From Mobula hypostoma (Eukaryota): a stretch of 64,000 nt of DNA. Numbering within the stretch: position 1 is the stretch's first letter; every line of letters starts with the position of its first letter. The translations under genes were made by a program, and so were the position numbers. Shown here piece by piece: positions 51,301-61,790 of this stretch. The stretch covers positions 28,892,001 to 28,956,000 of the forward strand of contig NC_086101.1 in assembly GCF_963921235.1 (NCBI RefSeq), written 5' to 3'. The notes beneath the pieces are model-generated. The model was not told the origin of the DNA. It worked only from the letters and a program-made list of their open reading frames with translations, and searched no databases.

Positions 51301-54300
51301 TTCCATGTTCGGATTGGCTCATATGTGTTTCCTGGAGTAAAGCTATTTGTGCCCTCTCTTTTTTCAATTTAGACATAATCTTATTTCTTTTAATTGGATT
51401 CAAAACCCCATTAACATTATAGGAAATTATTTTTACCAATTCAATTTGCATTTTTCTCTAGTAGAAAAAAAACACTCTCCTTTTCTAACGAAACAGTAAG
51501 CAATCCCTTCTCAACAGTAAACCAAAATATATAACCACACCCTAGACATTTTTGAATGTATAACATTTGAAAAATTTTCCCGACTTTGCACAGTGAGGCC
51601 TGAGCACCGACCCGCCTCAGTTCAGAGGGATAACCTCTATCTTCACCCTGTGTTAGAGGGCCCTCAGCAGTTTGAATAATCATAGAGAATTTTCTCCTAT
51701 TTATGTCTCGACCATATTGCTATCATTCAAGTTATTCCGTCTAGTTTATTTTCAGTTATCAGCTTTCATTTTACCTTTAAGTCTGATTTACTCTTTTCAG
51801 TCATTTCTCTTAATTAATCTGTATTCTCTGTACATTCGCGTCTGAATATTTGCAGCTTTTCCTTGTAGTTTGACACTCTGGTTCGTGTGGAGCATCCTCG
51901 CCACACTGGCTGCCTTGACTTCTGCGGAATCCCCTCCAGTAGCGACTCCGGTTGGGTGATAACTTTAATAGGTAGTCCCCAGTCCGCCAAGTCCAACATT
52001 GCCTCCTCCGCTGTAGCGTAAGTTTTTGTCCCTTCGTCGTAAAAGAGTCTCAGCCGAGCTGGATACAGGGTCTGAGATCTGATGTTGTTTTCCTTCAGGA
52101 CCCTCCGTGTTTCCGCATATTCTTTCCGTCTGGCAAGGATCCCCGGTGCGTAATCGTGGTCTAAACTGATTTTACAGTTGCTCCACATGAAACCTTTCTT
52201 TTGCCATGCACCTCTTCCTTCGTTCTGTAACTGAGAAATCTGACCAGAATCGATCTGGGCTGGGCGCCTGCTGGAGGCTGTGGTGCCAACGCACAGTGAG
52301 CCCTTTCTATCTGTAGGTCTTTTGTGTCCGGTATATCAAGGTTCTCTCTAAGCAGCTTCTCCACGAAGGGAATCATCAATCCGGGTTTACCTTCAGTTCC
52401 TTCGGGAACTCCGTAGATCCTCACATTTTCCCTTCTCGAGCGGCCTTCTTGGTCTCTTAGCTTCCACTGGAGCTGCTCTTGTAACTTTAGCATTTCTGCT
52501 ATCGCTTCCTCTGCGTTTCGTAGCTTCTCCTCAATTCCTACAATCCTCACTTCGGCTTCATCTATCCTCGAATTACTTTTTACTATTTCACCTTTAATAT
52601 CTTCCAGCTGTTTGTTGTTATCTTGTCGGAACTCGCGAATCTCTTCGAGAATCAAAGACAGATTCACCGATTCCTCCTCATTATCTCCATCCTGGCTAGC
52701 GGTGGGGGAACTAGGCCCGTCGCCTTGCTGCGTCTCTTTATATTTATCAGCCTTCGGAGCGGACTTTTTAATCTTGTTATTAGACATCATCCTTGCCCCT
52801 TTTATTAATATAGTTATACAATATTAAGAATTTGTCTAATTTCAATTTTGGGGCAGTTTACCCTCTTTTTTGTCGAGAGACCTTTTCCTTACGCCGCCAT
52901 TCCCTTGATGACCCCGCTACCATCCCTTTCAGTGTTATTTTAAATCAATTTTGGCCAGCTCCTCTCTCATGCCTCTGTAATTCTCTTTACTCCACTGTAA
53001 TCCTGATACATCTGACTTTAGCTCTCCTTCTCAAATTGCACGGTGAATTCTATTATATTATGATCACTTACCCCTAAGAGTACCTTTACCTTAAGCTCTC
53101 TAAACAATTCTGGTTCATTGCACAACACTCAATCCAGAATAGCTGATACCCCAGTGGACTCAACCATGAGCTGCTTTAAAAAGCCATCCGGCAAGCATTC
53201 TAGAAATTCCACTTCTTGGGATCCAGCACAAAACTGATTTTCCCAATCTACCTGCATATTGAAATTCCCCATGACTATTGTAACATTGCCCATTTGGCAT
53301 GCATTTTCTATCTCCCATTGTAATTTGTAGACCATATCCTTACTACAGTTTAGGGGTCTGTATATATCTCTCATCAGGGTCTTTTTACCCTTGAAGTTCC
53401 TTAGCTCTACCCACAATGATTCAATATCTTCTGACCCTACATCACCTTTCTAATGATTTGATTTTATTTTTTACCAACAGAGCAATGCCTCCACATCTGC
53501 CTACCCTTTTGATACAATGTGTATCCTTGAATGCTATTGCACACAAAATCATACATGCCAATCTGTAACTGTGCTACAAGTTCATCAACCTTATTCCAGA
53601 AGAGAACCCCTGCCCTCTCCACTAATTCCTTGGCCACACATACACCTGCCAAATCATACTATTCTTACCCTCACTGGCACGTGGCATGGGCAGAAATCCA
53701 GTGAGTACTACCCTGGAGGTCCTGTTTTACAGCTTTCTACACAGCTCCCTCAAATCTCTCTTCAGAACCTCCTCAACTTATCGACCCATGTCATTGGTGC
53801 CAAGATGCACCAAGATTTCTGGCTGCTCACCCTCCCTCCTGAAAATGCAATGGACCTGATCCGAGACATCCATGATCCAGGCAACTGGGAGGCAACATAC
53901 CACCTGGGTGTCACCATCGTGCCCACAGAATCTTGTCTCTGTTCTTCTGCCTGTGGAATTTCCCATCAACACTGCAGTCTTCTTCACCTCTCTGCTCTTC
54001 TGAGCCACAGCACCAGATTCAGTGCCAGAGAGGAGGTCACTATGGTTACACCCAGTAGGTTGTCCCCTTCAACAGTATCTAAAGTGGTACATTTATATTG
54101 AGGGGTATGACCACAGGTGTACTCTGCACTGGCTGAGCATTTCCCCTCCTTCTCCTGACAGTCACTTGTCTACCAATCTCCTACAACCAAGGGTGATTAC
54201 CTCCCTGTAGCTCCTATCTATCACTTCCTCTTTCTCCCATATGAAGCTAAGGTCAGTGAGCTGCAGCTCCAGTTCCTTAACACATTCTCCGAGGAGCCGC

Positions 54301-57300
54301 AGCTTGACGCACCTGGTGCAGATGTGTTTATCCGAGAGACTGGATGTCTCCCAGAATACTCACATCTCACACACAGTATGAGACACTGCCCCTGGAGTCA
54401 TTCTCACTACACTATGATGCCCTAACAGATAAGGAATGGACAATTAAGAACAAAAATACCCCTAATTGGATGTTTGATATCCTCTGTGTTGCTAGCTCAC
54501 TTTTTGCTGTTTGTGCAATCTGTTCTCTCTCTGCATGTTGGGTGTTTGATGTTTTCTTTGAACGGGTTCCTTGGTGCCTCTTTGTTCCTTTGCTGCATCA
54601 GAGGATAAACCTCAGAGTTGTATTCTGTATAAACACTTTGGTAATTAATCTACTTTGAATCTTTGAGTGAGGGCACTCCCAAAGGAGACATTGACTGATC
54701 TCCCGGTCTGGGGCAGTGAGGGACCTTCTGATCAATACTGCTGTGCTGAGGGCATTCTCCATCTTGCAGTTTGAGGATGATCTGAATTTGGGATATTGCA
54801 CGACAGCTGGACTGGGAACAGTGCCTGTGACCTTGATCTGGACCTATCCGATGAATGAACATAATCTCTGTCTGTAGTCTGCATGAGCTTGAGCTGGGGA
54901 GGCTGATTTCAGATTAGATGGTGAGTGTAATAGTGAGGCAGATCAGGTTCTGAGGCCGTGAAGGATGTGAGAGTAATCCCAACATTGAACACTGTAACTT
55001 CAGTCTGTAACGGTAAGGTAACATCAGCCTGTGTTGAGGTGGTGACATAATTTTTGATTCTTCCCCAGTTGCTCCAAAGACTCAGGTGTTGACAAGGAGG
55101 CCGACAGCTACTGAAGGCGAGAGTCTGTCGTGCATCATCACTCCCTTCTACCCCCGTGCTATCAATGCCACTTGGCTGAAGAATGGGCAGGTTGTCTCTG
55201 AGGGCTACAACGTGACTGTGCTACCAAACTACAATGATACATACTGGATGGAACTAGTCATTGAGCTGCAGGGCAACGACCCGAACATCTATACTTGTCA
55301 TGTCGTGCACAGCAGCCTGCCAAAGGCCCTGATGGTGAAGGGAGGTAGGTCATTGTATGGTACAGAATTTGCTTCATTCTGCCTGTGGTGGCTCATGGAC
55401 TCATGCAGCAGAGAAGGAGGCTCTTCAGCCTATCTGATTCATGCAAACCCGATTCATGCAAACCCTCTAGTTCTCAAAAACGCTTGGCCCGTCCCCTTCT
55501 TTAACTTGATGATTCAACTGCTCATCTAGATACGTCTTGAAAATTATGAAGGTCTCTGCCTCCACCATCTCCTCAGGCAGTCCATTCCCAAATCCAACAC
55601 CCCCTTGATGAAAGTATTCTTCTGTAAATTCCCTATAAACCTCTTAGTCATTATCTTAAACCTACCTCGAGTTATAGGCACCTTTACTACGGGGAAGGGT
55701 TTACTACTGTTCAAGTAAACACATGAAGTGGAAGCATAAACTGCAGCAAGTTAAACCTGTAGCATTCTTCAGAATCAGAATCAGGTTTATTGTTGCTGGC
55801 ATCTGTTGTGAAATTTGTTAACTTAGCAGCAGCAGAACAATGCAATGCATGATAATGTAGAAAAAATATAAAACAAGTAAATCAACTACAGTAATTATAT
55901 ATATGTATATTGAGCAGATCTTAAAATAGTGCAAAAACAGAAATAATATATATTTTAAAAAATTCTTCCAACATTTTCTATGTATTTCCTATCTACACCC
56001 CTAATAATTCTGTATAACTCCATCAAGTCCACCCTCAGTCTCCTCCCATCTAAGGAAAACAAAACCAGCATATCTATTCTCTCTTCCCATTCCATCTGAG
56101 CCACATTCCGGTGAATCTCCTCCGCACTCTGTCCAATGCAATCACATCTCTCCTCTGCTCTGGTGACCAGAACTGTAAACAATACTCAGAATGTAGCCTC
56201 ACCGGTGTTTTATAAAGCTGTACCATAATTCCCATGCCCTTGTATTCTATGCACTGATAACTGGTATCTCATACACTTCCTTCACCACCCTATTTACCTC
56301 TTTAAAAGACCTAATCAAGCATCTCCACCATAAAGCTGCACCATAAGTTCCCTTCTCTTGAATTCTATGCCCTGATCAGTGAAATCCAGCATCCTGTAGG
56401 CTATCTTCACAACCTTGTCCTCGACTTTGAACGACTTGCTCAAGTAGCCCCACTCCTTCTCTGAAAATTTCTTAATTCCAAGAACGTATCCCATTTCAAT
56501 TTTGGAAGTTATTATTTACTGTGCTCTTTTATCACTCAAATTAAATCTGTTCCTTCTGCTCACCAGATGTTACAGAAGCAGTTGAGCTGTTGGTCAAAGA
56601 AATATAATAAGAACTCAACAGAAATAACAACTAAGAAGCAATTGGGACTGTGGGCAGACCTGACTGTCAAGTCGTCACTGCCTGGCTGTTGGGTGTTTGA
56701 TTGTCATAGATTCATAGAATTCTGCAGCAGAGAAACAGACCCTTCAGTCCAACACGCCTTTGTCAATCAAGATTTCCATTCAAAGAAGTCCCATTTATCC
56801 TGGCCCATATCTCCCTAAACCCTTTAGATTCATGTACTGGTGGATGTATCTTGTAAAAGATGTTAACTTGTCTGCCTCAACCACTTCTTCTGGCACCCAT
56901 AAATTGACCATCATGTTGCCACTCAGGTTCCTGTTACATCTTTTCTCTCTTAACTTAAACCTATACCATCAGGAGCCCTGAAAAATTATTGTGCACTCTC
57001 TCTATGCCCCTCAAAATTTTATATACTTCTCTCTATAGCTCAGCCCCCTACACTCCAGGGAAAATAATCCCAGCCTATCTTGTCTCTCATTATTTCTCAA
57101 GCATTCCATTCCTGGCACCATCCTTGTGAATCTCCTCTGCATCCTTTCCATCCTAATGACATCCTTCCTTCCTCAAAGCACCTTCCATTCTCCTATCCTC
57201 CAATGTATAAGATACTACCCACCCAGGACTACCCTCCCCCACACACACCCCCGCCCCCGCTTCTCCCAGCTCCCATCAGGCACAGATACAAAAGCCTGAC

Positions 57301-57700
57301 AGAATGTACTACTATGATCAATGAACACTTCTGTCTTTCTCCTGTGAGAAAATTGAGTGGACCCAAACATAGTAAGATAGGCATCTGACCTCACAATCTA
57401 ACTTTTAATGGTCTTGCATCCTATTGCCAGCTAGCACCACATATCCTCTGTAAAAGTAATACATTACTCTGCATTCTGTTATTGTTTTCCCTTGTACAAC
57501 CTTAATATCCTGATGTAATGATCTGTATGGACAGAATGCAAACCATGTATTTCCACTGTACCTGGTAACTGGTGACAATAATAAAATAATTTATACATTT
57601 ACCGATCTTTACTTGGTGGACAGGAGTTGGTGAGCCCCATGCTGCAGGTCCTATGTTGGGGCTGATGACTGTGTTTGCGATCATCTTTGGAGTGATGTAG
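8899..57700 (+). CDS. Divergent non-classical MHC class I-like heavy chain, 5 coding exons: 8899-8974, 42863-43111, 45205-45465, 55069-55344, 57624-57700 (939 nt, 312 aa plus stop)
   Basis: Manual exon assembly. All four introns are phase 1 and the joined frame is open: leader [25 protein letters not shown] / alpha1 [23 protein letters not shown] / alpha2 [31 protein letters not shown] / alpha3 [29 protein letters not shown] / TM-like tail. The leader-to-alpha1 link across about 34 kb is the least certain junction. Confidence 0.88.
10648..11254 (+). repeat. 5' LTR of the Gypsy element
   Basis: Direct repeat of 23204-23613 plus 26352-26591. Termini cgtaggg...gttaca. Confidence 0.9.
11258..11267 (+). 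other. Primer binding site, tRNA-Pro type (TGGGGGCTCG)
   Basis: 3 nt after the 5' LTR. Identical to the first 10 nt of the MLV tRNA-Pro PBS TGGGGGCTCGTCCGGGAT. Confidence 0.8.
11326..12686 (+). pseudogene. Gypsy gag with PNMA-like N-terminal and capsid domains and a CCHC zinc knuckle, frameshifted
   Basis: [21 protein letters not shown]; [34 protein letters not shown]; [14 protein letters not shown]. Confidence 0.85.
12805..13440 (-). mobile_element. CR1 3' fragment nested in the Gypsy gag-pol junction
   Basis: (catagaa)n tail at 12804-12817; ORF 12866-13438 with [11 protein letters not shown]. Confidence 0.9.
13473..16284 (+). mobile_element. CR1 LINE (EN-RT-3' tail) nested inside a minus-strand CR1
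   Basis: ORFs 13441-13752, 13895-14389, 14608-15159, 15269-15496 and 15503-16210. Tail tttctatggtttctatgg at about 16268-16284. Confidence 0.9.
16285..18360 (-). mobile_element. CR1 LINE EN-RT portion
   Basis: ORFs 18038-18493, 17117-18034, 16571-17089 and 16134-16694. Confidence 0.9.
18361..22628 (+). pseudogene. Gypsy pol (protease, dUTPase-like insert, RT, RNase H, integrase), many frameshifts and stops
   Basis: AILDT(R)SQVTLLY at about 18420-18465; [24 protein letters not shown](T)[40 protein letters not shown]. Confidence 0.9.
19568..19996 (-). mobile_element. Short CR1 3' fragment inserted in the Gypsy RT
   Basis: (caataga)n tail. The Gypsy frame PDQYTV|PRAEDAL rejoins across it, with ggtc duplicated. 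Confidence 0.85.
23190..23203 (+). other. Polypurine tract
   Basis: ggtgggggggagaa immediately before the 3' LTR. Confidence 0.75.
23204..26591 (+). repeat. 3' LTR of the Gypsy element, split by a CR1 insertion (LTR parts about 23204-23613 and 26352-26591)
   Basis: Collinear with the 5' LTR on both sides of the CR1. Ends ggccgttata followed by the TSD CACA. Confidence 0.88.
23614..26345 (-). mobile_element. CR1 LINE (EN-RT-3' tail) inserted in the Gypsy 3' LTR
   Basis: 559-aa ORF 24644-26323, plus 24171-24719 and 23808-24164; (catagaa)n tail. Confidence 0.93.
26843..32126 (+). mobile_element. Full-length L1-clade LINE (ORF1 from 26997, ORF2 from 28387), degenerate; 16-bp TSD ggaatagaatgaggag
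   Basis: TSD at 26827-26842 and 32127-32142. Coiled-coil ORF1 with [15 protein letters not shown]; APE endonuclease ISFNVNG..LQE..SDH; RT; A-rich 3' end. Confidence 0.92.
30462..31171. mobile_element. Probable solo LTR (710 bp) inserted in the L1 RT
   Basis: Termini cgtaac...cttaca, flanked by catg/cgtg (consistent with a CpG-decayed cgcg TSD). L1 frame KLACY|ADDILIYL rejoins across it. Confidence 0.7.
32325..34288 (-). mobile_element. Rex1/Babar-type LINE, 5'-truncated
   Basis: ORFs 33704-34441 and 32453-33700: [50 protein letters not shown]. Confidence 0.88.
34560..34955 (-). mobile_element. Rex/Babar 3' fragment
   Basis: [31 protein letters not shown]; (caatt)n tail. Confidence 0.75.
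35960..39400 (-). mobile_element. CR1 LINE with ORF1 esterase, EN, RT and 3' tail; internal deletions
   Basis: ORFs 39071-39436 ([11 protein letters not shown]), 38521-38976, 38176-38442, 37715-38110, 36890-37693, 36401-36850 and 36039-36500. Confidence 0.9.
40780..41410 (+). mobile_element. Rex/Babar 3' fragment
   Basis: [26 protein letters not shown]; (aattc)n tail at about 41385-41410. Confidence 0.75.
41480..42110 (-). mobile_element. CR1 3' fragment
   Basis: (cataagac)n tail and homology to the other CR1 3' ends in the window. Confidence 0.7.
42863..43111 (+). CDS. Exon 2, MHC class I alpha1 domain (83 aa)
   Basis: Polypyrimidine acceptor ctctctctgtccttttactcag and donor A|GTGAGT. Translation [83 protein letters not shown] contains the class I SHSL-Y and G-x-x-DD-x-Q-x-x-Y-YDS motifs. 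Confidence 0.93.
45205..45465 (+). CDS. Exon 3, MHC class I alpha2 domain (87 aa)
   Basis: Not in the ORF track. Acceptor ttgataatttacag. Translation [87 protein letters not shown] has Q-x-x-x-GC and C-x-x-x-L-x-x-x-x-x-x-G-x-x-x-L-E-R, the canonical C101-C164 equivalents. Donor AAG|GCAAGT (GC-AG intron). Confidence 0.9.
45480..45790. repeat. Degenerate minisatellite with a period of about 25 bp (about 12 units, core GAGGGATCTCC)
   Basis: The core recurs at about 45490, 45640, 45689, 45714, 45740 and 45765, with more diverged units between. Confidence 0.6.
47108..52918 (-). mobile_element. Full-length L1-clade LINE, antisense in intron 3; 11-bp TSD accatcccttt
   Basis: TSD at 47097-47107 and 52919-52929. 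ORF1 52790-51814 (frameshift). ORF2 pieces 51451-50477 (EN), 50597-49536, 49451-48153 (FANDV at the YADD position) and 48156-47704. T-rich tail at 47108. Confidence 0.93.
52930..54400 (-). mobile_element. Decayed CR1 (ORF1 esterase and EN) that hosts the L1; continues at about 46775-47096
   Basis: [12 protein letters not shown] (53778-54008) and [14 protein letters not shown] (53129-53416). Confidence 0.75.
55069..55344 (+). CDS. Exon 4, alpha3 Ig C1-set domain (92 aa)
   Basis: Acceptor ttttgattcttccccag and donor GAG|GTAGGT. Translation [92 protein letters not shown] has C1-set motifs C..FYP..W..LPN..YTC-x-V-x-H-x-SL. Confidence 0.95.
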
Positions 57701-57736
57701 AGGTGCAGCAAGGAGAGAACCAAGACATCACTGGAG
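57624..57736 (+). CDS. Exon 5, connecting peptide plus hydrophobic segment, with in-frame TAG at 57698-57700
   Basis: Phase-1 frame reads [37 protein letters not shown]. An alternative in-frame acceptor lies at 57647. Donors GAG|GTGGGT (57737) or GTGG|GTAAAC (57741). Confidence 0.75.
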
Positions 57737-57826
57737 GTGGGTAAACGTACAGATGCCTTTGTTAAACCTGCTTGCTGTGACAGTATTAGACTGTACATTC
57801 AATCTCCTCTCTTTTCTGCTTTGCAG

Positions 57827-57925
57827 ATCAGCATTTGGCTCTAACTCAAGCACAGTTCTGAACACAGGGTGCAGCTTCAAACAGGTTTTTTTGATGAGTG
57901 ACCGCACACCTCAGCAAGCTTAGTC
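57827..57925 (+). other. Probable terminal exon (former cytoplasmic tail, now 3' UTR); 3' end undefined
   Basis: Strong acceptor tctcctctcttttctgctttgcag about 90 nt after the exon 5 donors. It is followed at about 57925 by the tail of an antisense Rex/Babar LINE. Confidence 0.5.
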
Positions 57926-58580
57926 AGAATAAGGATCAGATTTAATATCACTGGCATAGATCGTGAGATTTGTTAACTTTACGGCAGCAGTACAATGAAA
58001 TTGACAATAAATAAAAAACTGAGTTACACAAAGTATATATATGGCTGTTAAGTTAAAATAAGTAGTGCAAGATAACAGAAATAAAAAAAGTAGGAAGTAG
58101 TGTTCATGGGTTCAATGTCCATTGATAAATCGGCTGGCAGAGGGGAAGAAGCTGTGCCTTCAGGCTTCTGCGCCTCCTTCCTGATGGCTCCAGTGGGAAG
58201 AGGGCATGTCCTGGGTGGTGGTGGATGTAGCCTTCCTAAGGCATCGCTCCTTGAAGATATTTTGGATACTATGGAGGCTGGTACCCCGATAGATCTGACT
58301 AATTTTACAAGTTTCTGCAATTTATTTCAATCTTGTCTAGTTGTCCCTCATAACAGATGGTGATGCAGCGAGTCAGAATGCTCTCCATCGTATATTTGTA
58401 GAAGTTCTCGAGTGTTTTAGTTGACCTACAAAATCACCTCAACCTCCCAATGAAATACAGCTGCTGTCTTGGCTTCTTTATAACTGCATCCTCAGAGATG
58501 TTGACACCTAGGAACTTGAAATTGCTCATTCTCTCCACTTCTGATCCCTCTATGAAGATAGGTTTAGCGTTACAACCACT
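57925..58580 (-). mobile_element. Rex/Babar 3' fragment just downstream of the MHC-like gene
   Basis: MQKLVKLVRSI.GVPASIV.. (58048-58320); (cagaat)-type tail at about 57925. Confidence 0.65.
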
Positions 58581-60149
58581 GTGGGAACTTGCTGGCTGAA
58601 TCTTCTGCTGCTTTGACCAACTCCCGTTTAGCTATGTTTTAAATTTTTTCTTACATCTGAGAAAGATTTCAAGTTTCAGTCTTGCAGTGCACTGATGTTT
58701 GACACTCATTTGTAAGGTCCCTCTCCAGTCCTAATTCCACCACAAACGCCATATGTCAAATCATTGCTCTGAAGTATGAATGCCTGTTTTGAACACTGGA
58801 CAGCCAAGAGTAATTCTTTTCTTCACTGGAGATTGGCAGGGTCCAACATTTAGTTTATAATATGGGCAGAAACTCTGGGTTGCTGTGGCAATTTGGTGAA
58901 TGAGAGAGTACAAAATTTGAGGATTATACAATGGAATAAATATTGTTACTTTCCCTGTTGTATGGTTGGGCAAACTCGTATTGTTTTCTCTGGAGCATTA
59001 GAGGTTGAGGGCAGACCTGATAGAGATTTATATAATCCTGAGAGACATATAGAGATGGGATAGTCAGTTTCTTCCACAGATTAGAAATGTCAAATATTAA
59101 ATGCACCAATCACACTGTAAAAAAAACTTACTCCTGACATCCCTCTATAGTTTCTTCTAATTATCTTCAAATTATTCCCCCTCGTATTAGCCATTTCCAC
59201 CATGGGAAAACTCTGACTATCCACTCAATCTATTTTTCTTATGCCTCTTTATATCTCTGTCAAGTCACATCTCGTCTTTCTTTGCTCCAAAGAGAAAAGC
59301 CCTAGCTCACTGAACCTATCTTCATAAGACATACTCACTAATCCAGGCAGCATCCTGGTAAATCTCCACTGCACCCTATCTAAAGCTTCTGCATCCTTCC
59401 TGTAATGAAGTGGCCATAAATGAACACAATAATGAAATTATAATCCATGATCAGCACAGCCCCTCCAAAGATGTAGACATGCAATACCGTAACGTTTTCC
59501 CAAGACTGAGTCTCTAAACATGCGCTCTCCAGGGGCACAATGCTCCCATGCATTGCACCTTCGACACTATAGCAGCCCCTCAGCAATGGTCCTTCTTCAG
59601 ATAATCCACTTCTTAAAGTGAATCAGAACCTTAGTTACAACAGTGGAGACTGGCACAAACTCTCCAGTTGCACAGTGCTGCCTTTGCACTGTCTCTCAAC
59701 AGAACAGTTCTCCCTCAATATCTCTCTTTCAGTCCTTCCTTAAAATTAATCTTTCTGGTAGCAGAGTATCTCAGTATCTCCCTTTAACTGTCTCAGTGCA
59801 CACCTCTGCTGTTACAGCACTTCCTTGGAATGTCCTGTTACAGTGGAGCATTTGCTTAGCATTACTCTTTCAAATGGTACAATGTTTCCTCAGTCCTGTC
59901 CCCCTGACAGGGTAATATTGCCAGCTGACAATGCAACACTCCCTCAACACTGGCCTCCGTGTGCAGCATTCTTAGAACTGAGCCCAGCAGTGCAGCACTC
60001 CGGCTGTTCCCCTCTGTCCATACATTGATGACTCAGCACAGAAGGTGCTGCGTTCCATACTATTGTTCCTCCTATGTTGCACAGCTTCACGACAAAGATA
60101 CCACACGGATCATGAATGAATTCCATTCCTGAGAAGTGCACGTGAAGAG

Positions 60150-61790
60150 GGTCACAGACCTGCTGTGACAGCATTCATCAGGAAGTTGACCCTCAAGAGA
60201 GCATCCAGCCCCAATGGGGCACCTGGCCGAGTACTGAAAACCTCTGGTGATCATGTCACTGGAGTGTTCACTTAAAGCTTTATCCTCTCACTTCAGCAGT
60301 CTGAGGTACCCATCTGCTTCAAGCAGGCTTCAGTCACACCGGTGCCAAAGGAGAATGTGGTAACCTGCCCCAGTGACCATCATCCTGCAGCACCTACATC
60401 CACTGTGATGATGTATTTTGAGAGGTTACTGATGAAACATATCAACTCATGTCAGAGAAACATCTTGGATCCAGTCCAATTTGCACACCTTTACAACAGG
60501 TCCACAGCAGATGCCATTTCATTGGCTCTTCACTCAACCCTGGAACTTCAGGATGGCAAAGGTGCATACATCACAATACTCTTTATAGGCATTTAATAGT
60601 ATCAACCCCTCTAAAGTAATCAATAAGCTTCAAGAACTTGGCCTTAATATCTCCGTGTGCAATTGGATCCTCAGTTTCCTGGCATGTAAACACCAGTCAG
60701 TTCAGATTGCCAGCAACATGTCCATCAGCACAGATACACCACAAGGATATGTGCAGGGCACCCTGCTGTACTTGCTTTATAATTTTGACTGTGCGGCTAT
60801 GTACAGCTCCAATGCCATATGCAAGTTTGATGGTGACACACTTGTTGGCTGAATCAAAGGTGGTGATGAATTAGCATGTAGGAGGCAGATTGAAAATCTA
60901 GCAGAGTGGCACCACAACAACAATTTCTTACTCAATGTCAGCAAGATCAAGGGGCTGATTATTGACTTCGGGAGGAAGAAACCAGAGGTCTATGAGCAGG
61001 TCCTCATTGGGGGATAAGATGTAGAGAGGGTTAGAGACTTTAAATTCCTCGGTGCTATTATTTCAGATGATCTGTCCTGGGCCTAGCAGTAAATGCCATT
61101 ATGAAGAAAGCACAGCAGTGCTTCTACTTCCTTAATTTTGTGAAGATTTGGCATAAAATCTAAAACCTTGATGAACATTTACAGATGGATGGTGGAGAGT
61201 ACATTGACTGGCTGCATCGCAGCCTATTATGGAAACACTAATGCCCTTGAGTGGAAAATCCTACAAACAAATAGTGGATGCAGCGTAGTCCATCTTGGTT
61301 AAAGCCCTCTGTACCAGTGAGCACAACTACATGGTGAGCTGCTGCAGGAAAGCAGCATCCATCATCAAGGATGCCCACCACCCAGGCCTTGCTCTCTGCT
61401 CTCTGCTGCCATCAGCAAGAAGGTACAGGAGCCTCAGGGTTTTCACCACCAGGTTCAGAAACAGTCATTACCCCTCAACTATTTTGCTTTTGAACCAGAA
61501 GGGATATCTTCACTCACTCCATGACTGAACTGTTCACACAACCTATGAACTCACTTTCAAGGTCTCTTCATCTCATGTTCTCAACACTGTATTTGTTGAT
61601 CGCGTATTTATTTATTTAGTTACTTATTTAGTATTTTGCACAGTTTTTTTGTTTTTCCCTCCTGTTGAGTGCAGACTTTTGATGATTCTATTGTGTTTCT
61701 TGGATTTGCTGTGTACGTCCAATAGAAAACCAATCTCAGGGTTGTATATGGTAACATATACATACTTTGATAATAACATTACTTGGAACA
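60150..61790 (+). mobile_element. Degenerate Rex/Babar LINE
   Basis: [31 protein letters not shown]; CNWILSFL; RKAASIIKDAHHPG. Confidence 0.8.

Noticed and set aside
42863-55344. W-category or class II-type two-domain MHC chain (alpha1 plus Ig only)
   Set aside because: The ORF track suggests only alpha1 and an Ig exon, but a proper alpha2 exon exists at 45205-45465, giving a three-domain class I layout. The Ig domain has alpha3-type LPN..TY, not the beta2m-type F-x-x-x-W motif.
55086-55529. ORF 55086-55529 as a secreted Ig protein
   Set aside because: It is the alpha3 exon running past the GAG|GTAGGT donor into a decayed CR1 tail.
57827-57923. Cytoplasmic-tail reading SAFGSNSSTVLNTG...
   Set aside because: It needs a phase-2 donor that exon 5 does not offer, and it lies after the TAG in any case.
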